Below, piece after piece: positions 56,354 through 64,000 of a DNA stretch of 64,000 nucleotides. The notes under the pieces were generated by a model, which did not search any database, was not told the origin of the DNA, and was given only the letters and a program-made list of their open reading frames with translations. A program made the position numbers and the translations under genes. The first letter of the stretch is position 1. The number at the start of each line of letters is the position of its first letter. Origin of the DNA: an uncultured virus (IMG/VR IMGVR_UViG_3300021599_002865) (lineage: Duplodnaviria; Heunggongvirae; Uroviricota; Caudoviricetes); IMG/VR virus record IMGVR_UViG_3300021599_002865; one strand, given 5' to 3'.

Positions 56354-57133
56354 TTAATAATTAACTAACTTTTCAGTTCCCTTCTCTAAATTATCAATTG
56401 AATTAATATAGAATGAAAGGAAAGGTTTAGGGTTAGGTAAATCAATGAAAGTGTATTCGTCTTTTTCGATTTCGTATACTCCGTATCCGTGTTTCCTTAC
56501 TGTTTCACCAAAGTTTTGTTGTATAGTGGAACCAATCATATAAGCTTTCTTACCACCAGGTATGTCAAATATCTGCCTTTTGTGAATATCGCCACATAGA
56601 ACTAAATCACACCCTTTGAATTTGTTCGAATCGAAACCATCCTCAAACTTATAACCAATATCAGTGTATAATCCTTGAACGGGTCCATGAAATAAACCTA
56701 TATTAATTCTTTCTGACTTTTTTATTTCAGGTGGAATGTTATGCTCCATGAGAGAGAACACACACCAATTAATATTATCATCCTCATAAACACCTCTGTT
56801 TTTGAAATAAGAAATGTTTTCGTTTTTGAGTGAGTCTATTATCGGTGTCAATGCATCGAGACGAGTGTTGTTGTTTTCCAAAAAATCATGATTACCGATA
56901 ATTACAATTGTTTTTGTTATTTCAGCACATTGAGCCAAAACCCAAGCAACAAATTCAACCAATTCAGGTGTCATTTGATTTTTGGAGTGAACCAAGTCAC
57001 CTGTGAATACAATTCTATCAGGCGCAAGAGCTTTCCACTCGCTAAGTGCTTGCATCAAAATCCCACGATAAAGTTCGTGGTCTTTGAACAACCTAATATG
57101 AAGGTCAGAAAAATGGACTAATTTTTTAATCAT
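56354..57133 (-). CDS. sbcD: SbcD/Mre11 (gp47-like) metallophosphoesterase nuclease
   Basis: SDLH, TGDLVH, GNHD, LFHG, GDIH, GS..QQNFGE. Confidence 0.9.
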   Translation of the reverse strand: MIKKLVHFSDLHIRLFKDHELYRGILMQALSEWKALAPDRIVFTGDLVHSKNQMTPELVEFVAWVLAQCAEITKTIVIIGNHDFLENNNTRLDALTPIIDSLKNENISYFKNRGVYEDDNINWCVFSLMEHNIPPEIKKSERINIGLFHGPVQGLYTDIGYKFEDGFDSNKFKGCDLVLCGDIHKRQIFDIPGGKKAYMIGSTIQQNFGETVRKHGYGVYEIEKDEYTFIDLPNPKPFLSFYINSIDNLEKGTEKLVNY

Positions 57134-57362
57134 TAATTAATGATTTTGTTTCTTCTTCAAATGGATTAAATCCTTTATTAACATGTCCACAACTATCACA
57201 CTTTGTTACTGAGAAGGGAACATTTGTGTCTTCTCGGGAACCTGTCATCAGTGCAGGAACTCTTTTTAGAAGTAATACTTCACGGAAAAAAATCCCACCA
57301 CAGTTCTCACACTTGACGTTGTCACATTGTCTCAAATCAATTTTTGGGGTTAAATCTTGCAT
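57126..57362 (-). CDS. zinc-ribbon protein
   Basis: CENCGG...CDSCGHVN. Confidence 0.7.
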   Translation of the reverse strand: MQDLTPKIDLRQCDNVKCENCGGIFFREVLLLKRVPALMTGSREDTNVPFSVTKCDSCGHVNKGFNPFEEETKSLIND

Positions 57363-57393
57363 ACAGTTTTTATTTAAAATATAGTAAAAATTA

Positions 57394-58236
57394 TTATTTA
57401 TTCAAATATTTTTTGATGTCCATACCCATCACAGTTTCGATTACTTTTTTTGGAACTCTGAACTCTTCAAATTGTGTATCTTCTCTGAGATGTGCAATAA
57501 TACAACCATAAACTTTGATATTTTCATATTTGGAACCCTTTAACATTTTCAATAAGAGTTTTCCATAAAGAGGTAATTGAACAAAATAATGTCCCAAGGC
57601 ATTATTCGGTAATTCCTCGAAAGGTTCATACATTCTTTCTGTGTAATCATTTTCAAGGAAGTTTTTTGGTTTATTTGTTTTCCAATCTGTAATTAACAAT
57701 CCGAAGTCATTTTTATTAACATTATGGGTTAACCATACTTTATCAGGTTGACCCGTATAACCAAGTTCAGGGTCTCCGAGAACCATCTCGGTATCTAACA
57801 ATACAACTTCTCTTTGTTCCAATAAATCCAAATATCTTTTACCCGCAACTATCATTTTATCACTTTTCATGAGTTGGGTTAAATCGCATTCGAAAACAGG
57901 TTTTCTAACCTCTTTATAGGAACCATATCTCTTAATGGCTTCTTCTTCCAAAACGAAGTGCACTCTACTTCCCAAATTCGTGGAATAAGAACCAGCTGCC
58001 GCCCATTCCTCGATAAGTTGTTGTTGTTTTTCAGGGTCACCACCAGCTTTATTATACGCAGCTTCCTCGGTGGGAAATGGCTTATAAAAATGTTTCAAGA
58101 CTTTCGAAACTGATGGCCAACTTGTCTTACCATCCATTGTGTATATATGTTTTTCTTCTTGGAAAGTAAGACCTAATTCGTCTTGTCTTCGGGAAATTAT
58201 TTCCCTTAATTCATTGGCTACGTTACTTAATTTCAT
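57394..58236 (-). CDS. PD-(D/E)xK-family exonuclease
   Basis: PSVS, GSRVH..LE, E...GQPD...DWKT, QL.LY. Confidence 0.8.
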   Translation of the reverse strand: MKLSNVANELREIISRRQDELGLTFQEEKHIYTMDGKTSWPSVSKVLKHFYKPFPTEEAAYNKAGGDPEKQQQLIEEWAAAGSYSTNLGSRVHFVLEEEAIKRYGSYKEVRKPVFECDLTQLMKSDKMIVAGKRYLDLLEQREVVLLDTEMVLGDPELGYTGQPDKVWLTHNVNKNDFGLLITDWKTNKPKNFLENDYTERMYEPFEELPNNALGHYFVQLPLYGKLLLKMLKGSKYENIKVYGCIIAHLREDTQFEEFRVPKKVIETVMGMDIKKYLNK

Positions 58237-59140
58237 AATAGAATTCTTCGATGTTACCTTTCAAATCACAAACGTCTTTGTCTTTAGGTAATTTAACAAT
58301 TTTTATTTTATTATACAAACGACCTCCATTCAGTTCGTGATACATTTTGAGACCGTCATCCCAAGCATCACCATCGACACATATTGTAATATTTCCATTT
58401 GCCCTTGTATAAAGGGTTTCGAAAATGAGTTTACTCATTTTTTTACCAAGCATCACTAACGGGTTTGGAAGAAAGAATGAGTCAAAGGCACCTTCTACGA
58501 GGTATATTTCCTTATCCCAATCAATTAGTTTTTCATTGAATATGATTTCGTCTTTAGGGACTGAAGCAGGATTTTTGTATTTCATCTTTTTATTAACCCA
58601 TGCTCTACCAACAAAATAATTCAAGACACCTTCTTTGTCAAAAGACGGTATAATTACTCTATATGCAAAATCTCCTTGAACCGTATATCCAATCTTATAT
58701 TTTTCAATCATTTCATCTGATATACCACGAGATTGAAGGTATTTGTAAGCTTCAATATGAGGAATGAATCTAGGATTTGAATCTTTAAATAAAGTGAACC
58801 CTTCAGGTAGTCTTAATCTGAGTCTTTTTTTATCCTCCTGTTTGAACTCTTCGGGTTTGATAAGATTGTAAACTTTCTTTTGTTGTTTTGTTGCATGTCC
58901 ATCGAAAAGTTTACCCAAGGGTCCGTGTGTTCCGTGAGTTTCACCACAAGCCCAACATTTGTAAACGTGTCGGATATAGTTAATCTCAAGGTTTCCTTTA
59001 CCGTCTCCTTTATCCAAACCTTTTTCATCCGCACAGACAGGGCAGTCAAAAGATATTTGCCCCTTTGATTCATAGTGCTGATTAGGTTCACCTAAAAAAT
59101 CACTAAGGAGTTCAACTAAAACCTCTATTTCATCACTCAT
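58223..59140 (-). CDS. DNA primase (zinc finger plus TOPRIM)
   Basis: CPVC...CWAC; YLQSRGI; IIP...GR; LVEGAFD; DGDA; KDV. Confidence 0.9.
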   Translation of the reverse strand: MSDEIEVLVELLSDFLGEPNQHYESKGQISFDCPVCADEKGLDKGDGKGNLEINYIRHVYKCWACGETHGTHGPLGKLFDGHATKQQKKVYNLIKPEEFKQEDKKRLRLRLPEGFTLFKDSNPRFIPHIEAYKYLQSRGISDEMIEKYKIGYTVQGDFAYRVIIPSFDKEGVLNYFVGRAWVNKKMKYKNPASVPKDEIIFNEKLIDWDKEIYLVEGAFDSFFLPNPLVMLGKKMSKLIFETLYTRANGNITICVDGDAWDDGLKMYHELNGGRLYNKIKIVKLPKDKDVCDLKGNIEEFYYEIK

Positions 59141-59298
59141 ATGTCGATATCTTTAGGTGCTTCTGCCACAACGTGTTTTCTCCACCATTTTTTTACCGGA
59201 TGATTTTCATCAAAATTTTTTTCTATGAAACCAGCAAAAATGAAGAAAACGACCGTTATAATAAGAAGCGTGACCCAAATGTAAAAAAATATTATCAT
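59137..59298 (-). CDS. 53-aa membrane peptide, not in the ORF track
   Basis: ATGA overlaps at both ends; one TM helix; HPVKKWWRKH. Confidence 0.6.
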   Translation of the reverse strand: MIIFFYIWVTLLIITVVFFIFAGFIEKNFDENHPVKKWWRKHVVAEAPKDIDI

Positions 59299-59663
59299 TT
59301 CCAAATAATTTTCTTAATCAAATCATAATAGGGTATTTCAATATCGAAATACTTTAAGTAAGTTTTAACATCAAAAAAAATGTTTCGTCTTATGAATCGA
59401 TTGACTTTAATTTTTGAAACTCTTCCCCCATTTGGAAAAACGTCAGTCATGACTGAAGAACTATACCAATCTTTTTTCCTATTATAGTGAACGAAAATTT
59501 GCCCTTCGAATATTATATCTACTTCTTCGAGGTGAGAGTATGAACGGTAGTTTTTGATTGTAAAAGTTCCTTTGAGTTGTGAGTTGGATATGGGTATCTT
59601 GTTACCAAATTTTTTTACAACTTTGGAAATTGACTTTGTGTGTGGTGTTCTCAACATGTGCAT
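59295..59663 (-). CDS. basic hypothetical protein
   Basis: Directly after promoter 59668-59699. Confidence 0.65.
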   Translation of the reverse strand: MHMLRTPHTKSISKVVKKFGNKIPISNSQLKGTFTIKNYRSYSHLEEVDIIFEGQIFVHYNRKKDWYSSSVMTDVFPNGGRVSKIKVNRFIRRNIFFDVKTYLKYFDIEIPYYDLIKKIIWK

Positions 59664-59667
59664 ACCA

Positions 59668-59699
59668 CAAAGATATGCTTTGTTCTTTAAATCACCAAA
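59668..59699 (-). promoter_or_regulatory. Bacteroidota-type promoter
   Basis: TTTG-N20-TATCTTTG. Confidence 0.75.
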
Positions 59700-60294
59700 T
59701 TTCTTTCATCTTCATGTAACCTAGTGCTGCACAGTAAGCGTCTGTTTGGTCGAAGTTTTCTTTTTTAAGGGTGTTGTTTTTTGTGTATAACCAAGTAATT
59801 TGTGGTTCTCTTTTCGCAATCAACTCCCATATGATAACTTTTTTATCTATGTCTTTAGGAAAACCCCCGAACAATACAAATTTACCTTTATCATTTTTCT
59901 GAACTAAGTGTGGGAATGCAAATTTTCTTGAGTTGTAAGTAGACATAAATTCAGGAACTACTCCTAAGATATCATACACTTCTTTACAAATCAAAGTGTT
60001 GAACCTCATAAGAGTTCCAACCGTATACACGTTGTTTGAATTAAGTAGTGGTTCCTCGATAATGACATTTTGGATTCCTAATCCTACATATTCAGAAAGT
60101 TTGTTCCTAAAAATGCCCGATTTGAGAATGAGTTCCTCGATTTTATTTTCACTTTTTGGTTTTGGGACCGGTGAAATATGTGTAAGTTCTAATAAATTTT
60201 TTGATTCAATATCAAACAAAGCCCATCCAATAGTTTTGGTGGACACATCCAATCCTAAAATCTTAGGGGAGTCTTTAACAATATTTTTAGCCAT
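59692..60294 (-). CDS. RuvC-like Holliday junction resolvase
   Basis: ILGLDVSTKTIG, IIEEP, DKK, DQTDA. Confidence 0.8.
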   Translation of the reverse strand: MAKNIVKDSPKILGLDVSTKTIGWALFDIESKNLLELTHISPVPKPKSENKIEELILKSGIFRNKLSEYVGLGIQNVIIEEPLLNSNNVYTVGTLMRFNTLICKEVYDILGVVPEFMSTYNSRKFAFPHLVQKNDKGKFVLFGGFPKDIDKKVIIWELIAKREPQITWLYTKNNTLKKENFDQTDAYCAALGYMKMKEIW

Positions 60295-60295
60295 A

Positions 60296-62539
60296 TTAAA
60301 AATCTAATTTCACTACGTATTGTTGAATACCTTGTCTCAATTCGGGAGACTGTAGCTTAGATATAACAATAAGGTCTTTATTGGAATCGTAAAGACCAAT
60401 TTCGGTAACATATGAAGTAGTTCCACTTGTCCATGTTGGGTTAGAAGTGTTAGTGAATTGATTTCTTCCCAAATTTATCAAGTATCTCATCTCATATATT
60501 GTTGCCGAAATATCTGTTGTGAAATTACCATAGAAGTAATACTCATCACCAAAATTCAAATAATCTGTTTGATTGTTTGTTGGAATGTCTATGTAAGAGG
60601 CGAGGTTATATATATCACTGTTTGTAACTGCACTTTGATACGTTGCCAAATCTATTTGGAATGTTGTGCCTGTCAATCCTGACATTGTAATATATCCATT
60701 AACCGATGAACCAGATATTTGGTCTGTAACATCAATGTATTTCCAATCAGTTGGACTTGGTCTAGTGTCACCTGAAACCATTTGACAAAGAATCATCAAT
60801 GAGTTTGCACAATATCCTGTCAGATTAATAGCCGTAGAAGAAGGTGAAGGTTGATTCAAAAATTGAAACTCTGGTCCGAATCTGACAGCAACATTTTGAC
60901 TTGTGTCTGTGCAACCTGTTGAAGGTCCAACAATTTTCGAATAATAATTACAGTGTAATGAATCAGTAAATCCTGTATTGTTGAATCTATAGGTTACCCA
61001 AAGTGTTTGTGTATCAGCAGTAAGTAAACCTGTGGCGGTTGAGTTGTTCGTGAAACAAGTATTAGGTGCCAAATAAGAAAGTTTAGGTGCTGATAGAGTC
61101 CAGTTTCTATTAGCCTTATAAGACATAGCCGCTATTACCTCCTCATCGTCAATTACAATGGTCTGTGAATCAGGGAAAACCTTGCCAATTCTATTCAAAT
61201 TACCATTACTATCAGGATTTGTATCCCAAAGATGATAATAACGAATACCAGGGTCGTTCATATCAATGTTTTTGGTTGATTTGATATAGTATGGTTTACA
61301 TAAATCATAACCTGGTGGGTCGATAAAGAATGTTTGACCAATTGTGTTTCCTGTCGACTTATGCCACATCAAAGTAGGTATTGTAACCTTAAGGTGTCTC
61401 GCTAAACCTGTTTGATTCGAAGGGTTCTGTGGGTCATAAGGAATAGTTGAAAACTTCTCGCCATAAACATGGTCAATATCTTGATTAGTGTAGTGTATGA
61501 TTGCAATTGCTTTTTGGTCTTGGGGTCTAACAACTACTTTCTCATCAAACGAATTGTAATAAAAAACTTGACTTGTATCGGTTTGACCTGAAGGCTCTTG
61601 ATATCCCAAATATTCTTTAGTCCCGATGTAAGTTACTGAACCGTATTTTGTATAATCTTCATAAGCGTTACTGAAAAGACCAGCAGGACTTTCTGACCAA
61701 GGAATATTCATGTTCCAAATTAAAGTATTTTCACGGTTTGAAACATCACATGGTGATTCAAAATTAATAGTGTCAGTCTGCCAATAAGGTGCTGGTGTTA
61801 TGAAATCATAAAGAACAGTCATACCTGAAGGATATATCAGAACTCTTGCATATTCTCCTGATAATGAAAAAGAACTTAAATCTGGAACACTTCTATCTAA
61901 GGTAAGTGTCCATGGAGTTGTTCCAGAGGTTCCTGTTGAAGGGCTTATGTTTTGAATTTTATATGTGAAAACAGGATAGTTACCTACAAAACCTGTAAGT
62001 CCTACTCCGAGTATTAATGTAACAAAATCACCTATTGAGGGTGTTCCTGATGATGGCTCGAGTGTAAGTGGGTTTGTATCTAATTCGATGTCTATCGTTG
62101 TTTGACCTGTGAGCGTATCTTGTGCAACCCAATAGTTAGAAGTTATTGTATATGCAGATGAAGTTTGTGCCGTCCAACTACCTTGAGTTCCTCCCGTCAT
62201 GAAAAATCCTTTTTCACCAGCAGAATTATAAACTTCTTGAAATGTAGAATCCATGTAAGGTATTCCGTATGTGTTACCGATACCACCCTGAACATAGTAA
62301 GGATATTTCACATTTTCTTTGTTGGACTGAGGGGAACCTGTGTCATTTTGAGCATTGAAATCAGGCATCAAAATGTTATTATTAGTTTGATTATAGTTAG
62401 GAACGGCCTGATAATTAACTTCACTATCCCCTATTTGGAAATAAGAAATGTTGAAATTCCCTTGTGATATCTTTCTACGACCAACGTCAGTTAATCTTGT
62501 GTTAATTAGACCCGAAGTATTTTTAATTATATAAGCCAT
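60296..62539 (-). CDS. virion structural protein (tail/baseplate, tail-collar-fibre-like)
   Basis: N-terminal LTDVGRRKI...F.IGDSE and C-terminal YVTEIGLYD....LIVISKL; TATTTAT upstream. Confidence 0.7.
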   Translation of the reverse strand: MAYIIKNTSGLINTRLTDVGRRKISQGNFNISYFQIGDSEVNYQAVPNYNQTNNNILMPDFNAQNDTGSPQSNKENVKYPYYVQGGIGNTYGIPYMDSTFQEVYNSAGEKGFFMTGGTQGSWTAQTSSAYTITSNYWVAQDTLTGQTTIDIELDTNPLTLEPSSGTPSIGDFVTLILGVGLTGFVGNYPVFTYKIQNISPSTGTSGTTPWTLTLDRSVPDLSSFSLSGEYARVLIYPSGMTVLYDFITPAPYWQTDTINFESPCDVSNRENTLIWNMNIPWSESPAGLFSNAYEDYTKYGSVTYIGTKEYLGYQEPSGQTDTSQVFYYNSFDEKVVVRPQDQKAIAIIHYTNQDIDHVYGEKFSTIPYDPQNPSNQTGLARHLKVTIPTLMWHKSTGNTIGQTFFIDPPGYDLCKPYYIKSTKNIDMNDPGIRYYHLWDTNPDSNGNLNRIGKVFPDSQTIVIDDEEVIAAMSYKANRNWTLSAPKLSYLAPNTCFTNNSTATGLLTADTQTLWVTYRFNNTGFTDSLHCNYYSKIVGPSTGCTDTSQNVAVRFGPEFQFLNQPSPSSTAINLTGYCANSLMILCQMVSGDTRPSPTDWKYIDVTDQISGSSVNGYITMSGLTGTTFQIDLATYQSAVTNSDIYNLASYIDIPTNNQTDYLNFGDEYYFYGNFTTDISATIYEMRYLINLGRNQFTNTSNPTWTSGTTSYVTEIGLYDSNKDLIVISKLQSPELRQGIQQYVVKLDF

Positions 62540-62569
62540 TACGAATAAATATTTGTCATCCTTTTTTTA

Positions 62570-64000
62570 TTAATCCTGTGCACATTTACAGCTCGCGTTT
62601 GAACATTGTTTTGATGAACAAGAGATAAGAGAATTATCTACGCTGTCAATACAATAAGCAACTATTGTTGGGTCAGGTCCTGGACTTCCTGAAACGTTGT
62701 CTATCATATTACCCGAAGAATTTCCACTTGTTATTGTTACGGTTTTATAAAATACCCCATAGTTACTCGTCTCAATCTGAATCGAAAAACTAGTATCAAT
62801 TGTCACAATGTTTTGCGTAGTAATTACTATGTCCACTGCGGGTTCACCCAAATTAGTAGTTGGTGTCACAATCAAACTTGTCACAGGATTACAAACAATA
62901 CTTCCACCATCACTATTATAAACCATCTTGAACACATCACCTGCAACAAGATTAATCGGGTTATACATAACAACACTAACACTTTCATTTATTCCCGCAG
63001 AACAGAATCCGTTGAAAATACCCGAGCCAACTTCAACGTCATTCAGCATTGCTTTAACCTCAACATAATAATTGTCGCTTGTTGGTGTTTGGAAGTTTGC
63101 CTGCATGTATTGAACATTATTATTTGGGGATATACCACACGGATATGTGGATAGTCCTGAATCAATTGTAAGAACACCACCAGTAGGGCTATATCTGAAA
63201 TTTTGGAAACAACCCACCTTATTTGGTCCTGAACAAATTAATCCTCCAACTAATTGATTCATGTTGAGATAAATGTTACCACTTTGAATAACACCTTGAC
63301 ATGTTACACATTCAGGTGTATCAACCTGACCTTGATAGGTGATTGAGTTGTTATTCACCTGTGTTTTTTCTGTATCACCTACCGCTGAACAACAAGTGCA
63401 TCCTTTGATGACTACATCAGAAACTTGAAAAGAAATTGTCTGTTGTAGATTAGTTGTGCAGTTGGACTGAGCTCCAACTTGACCATCGGTTATTGTTAAT
63501 ATCGAAGTAGTAGAACCTGAAACAGTGCTAAAATTTGAGAGTTCCAACGAATATTGGTCAGTCTCAGTATCAATTCTTTGTGTCTCGGGATTACAGTTTG
63601 GTCTACTTCCAATAACAGTATCTATGTCTGTGGAGAAAGGTGTCTTTGTTGAACCATTTTGTAGAATAGTAAAGTTGTCTACACAAGTTCCTGTTCCTGG
63701 TCCATTGAATGTCTTGATAGATGATGTTGTCAAATTGAAATTAACCACAACTCCATTAGGTATAGGCGGAACCGAAGTAACATAAAAATATGTTGTTTTC
63801 GTTGAAATATTATTTGAAGATACCTCAGTGTTTAATTGTGGTTGTGTTATAATATTAATTTGATATGTTTGTGGACTTCCCACTGAACTTATTTGAACCG
63901 ATTGATTAACTATATTATTCGCGGCATCTATAACTCTAATATTGTATGTGTTCGGGCAAAGATTTGTAAAAATATTTGAGGTTTGATATGATACCCCGTT
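62570..64000 (-). CDS. C-terminal part of a large Cys/Ser/Thr-rich beta-strand virion protein (start probably outside the window)
   Basis: Frame appears open to the window edge; composition typical of fibre/Ig-like modules. Confidence 0.65.
   Translation of the reverse strand, partial: NGVSYQTSNIFTNLCPNTYNIRVIDAANNIVNQSVQISSVGSPQTYQINIITQPQLNTEVSSNNISTKTTYFYVTSVPPIPNGVVVNFNLTTSSIKTFNGPGTGTCVDNFTILQNGSTKTPFSTDIDTVIGSRPNCNPETQRIDTETDQYSLELSNFSTVSGSTTSILTITDGQVGAQSNCTTNLQQTISFQVSDVVIKGCTCCSAVGDTEKTQVNNNSITYQGQVDTPECVTCQGVIQSGNIYLNMNQLVGGLICSGPNKVGCFQNFRYSPTGGVLTIDSGLSTYPCGISPNNNVQYMQANFQTPTSDNYYVEVKAMLNDVEVGSGIFNGFCSAGINESVSVVMYNPINLVAGDVFKMVYNSDGGSIVCNPVTSLIVTPTTNLGEPAVDIVITTQNIVTIDTSFSIQIETSNYGVFYKTVTITSGNSSGNMIDNVSGSPGPDPTIVAYCIDSVDNSLISCSSKQCSNASCKCAQD

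Noticed and set aside
57394..58236. Cas4 or CRISPR adaptation gene
   Set aside because: Lacks the Fe-S cysteine cluster, no array nearby, and sits in a replication operon beside primase
1..64000. Alternative genetic code (TAG or TGA recoding, as in some large Bacteroidota phages)
   Set aside because: Code 11 gives full-length conserved proteins and dense packing; TAG and TGA act as stops at gene boundaries
1..64000. Bacterial chromosome or integrated prophage
   Set aside because: No housekeeping operons, integrase or att-like boundary; gene content and packing are phage-like throughout

Overview
This is a 64-kb, AT-rich, densely coding segment of a large (jumbo-type) tailed dsDNA phage that uses the standard genetic code. 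The host is very likely a Bacteroidota: about ten genes carry the TTTG-N18-20-TAnnTTTG promoter (or its -7 box), and the window encodes an Hc1-like histone and an RpoD-like sigma factor lacking region 1.1. Replication and repair genes include primase, SbcC/SbcD, a RuvC-like resolvase, a PD-(D/E)xK nuclease, UvrC and a pyrimidine-dimer glycosylase. There are four DNA methyltransferase loci, including a split Type IIG-like enzyme and a putative Type II R-M pair. Other genes include CysC plus a nucleotidyltransferase, DnaJ, thioredoxin, glutaredoxin, a probable lysis cassette and virion proteins. Two elements stand out. (1) A ~1.5-kb ORF-free minus-strand RNA island (9951-11470) holds an ~820-nt highly structured GOLLD-like RNA, an atypical tRNA-CAT, three small hairpin RNAs, three tandem promoters, boxA-like sites and a terminator. 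(2) Three tandem, divergent collagen-like fibre genes have almost identical triplet counts (194/195/195) and a shared 7-unit period, suggesting a heterotrimeric phage collagen fibre. A second upstream motif, TATTTAT, marks a probable late regulon; many of its products begin with a hydrophobic-x-E leader. All calls come from reading motifs by eye; no database searches were run.
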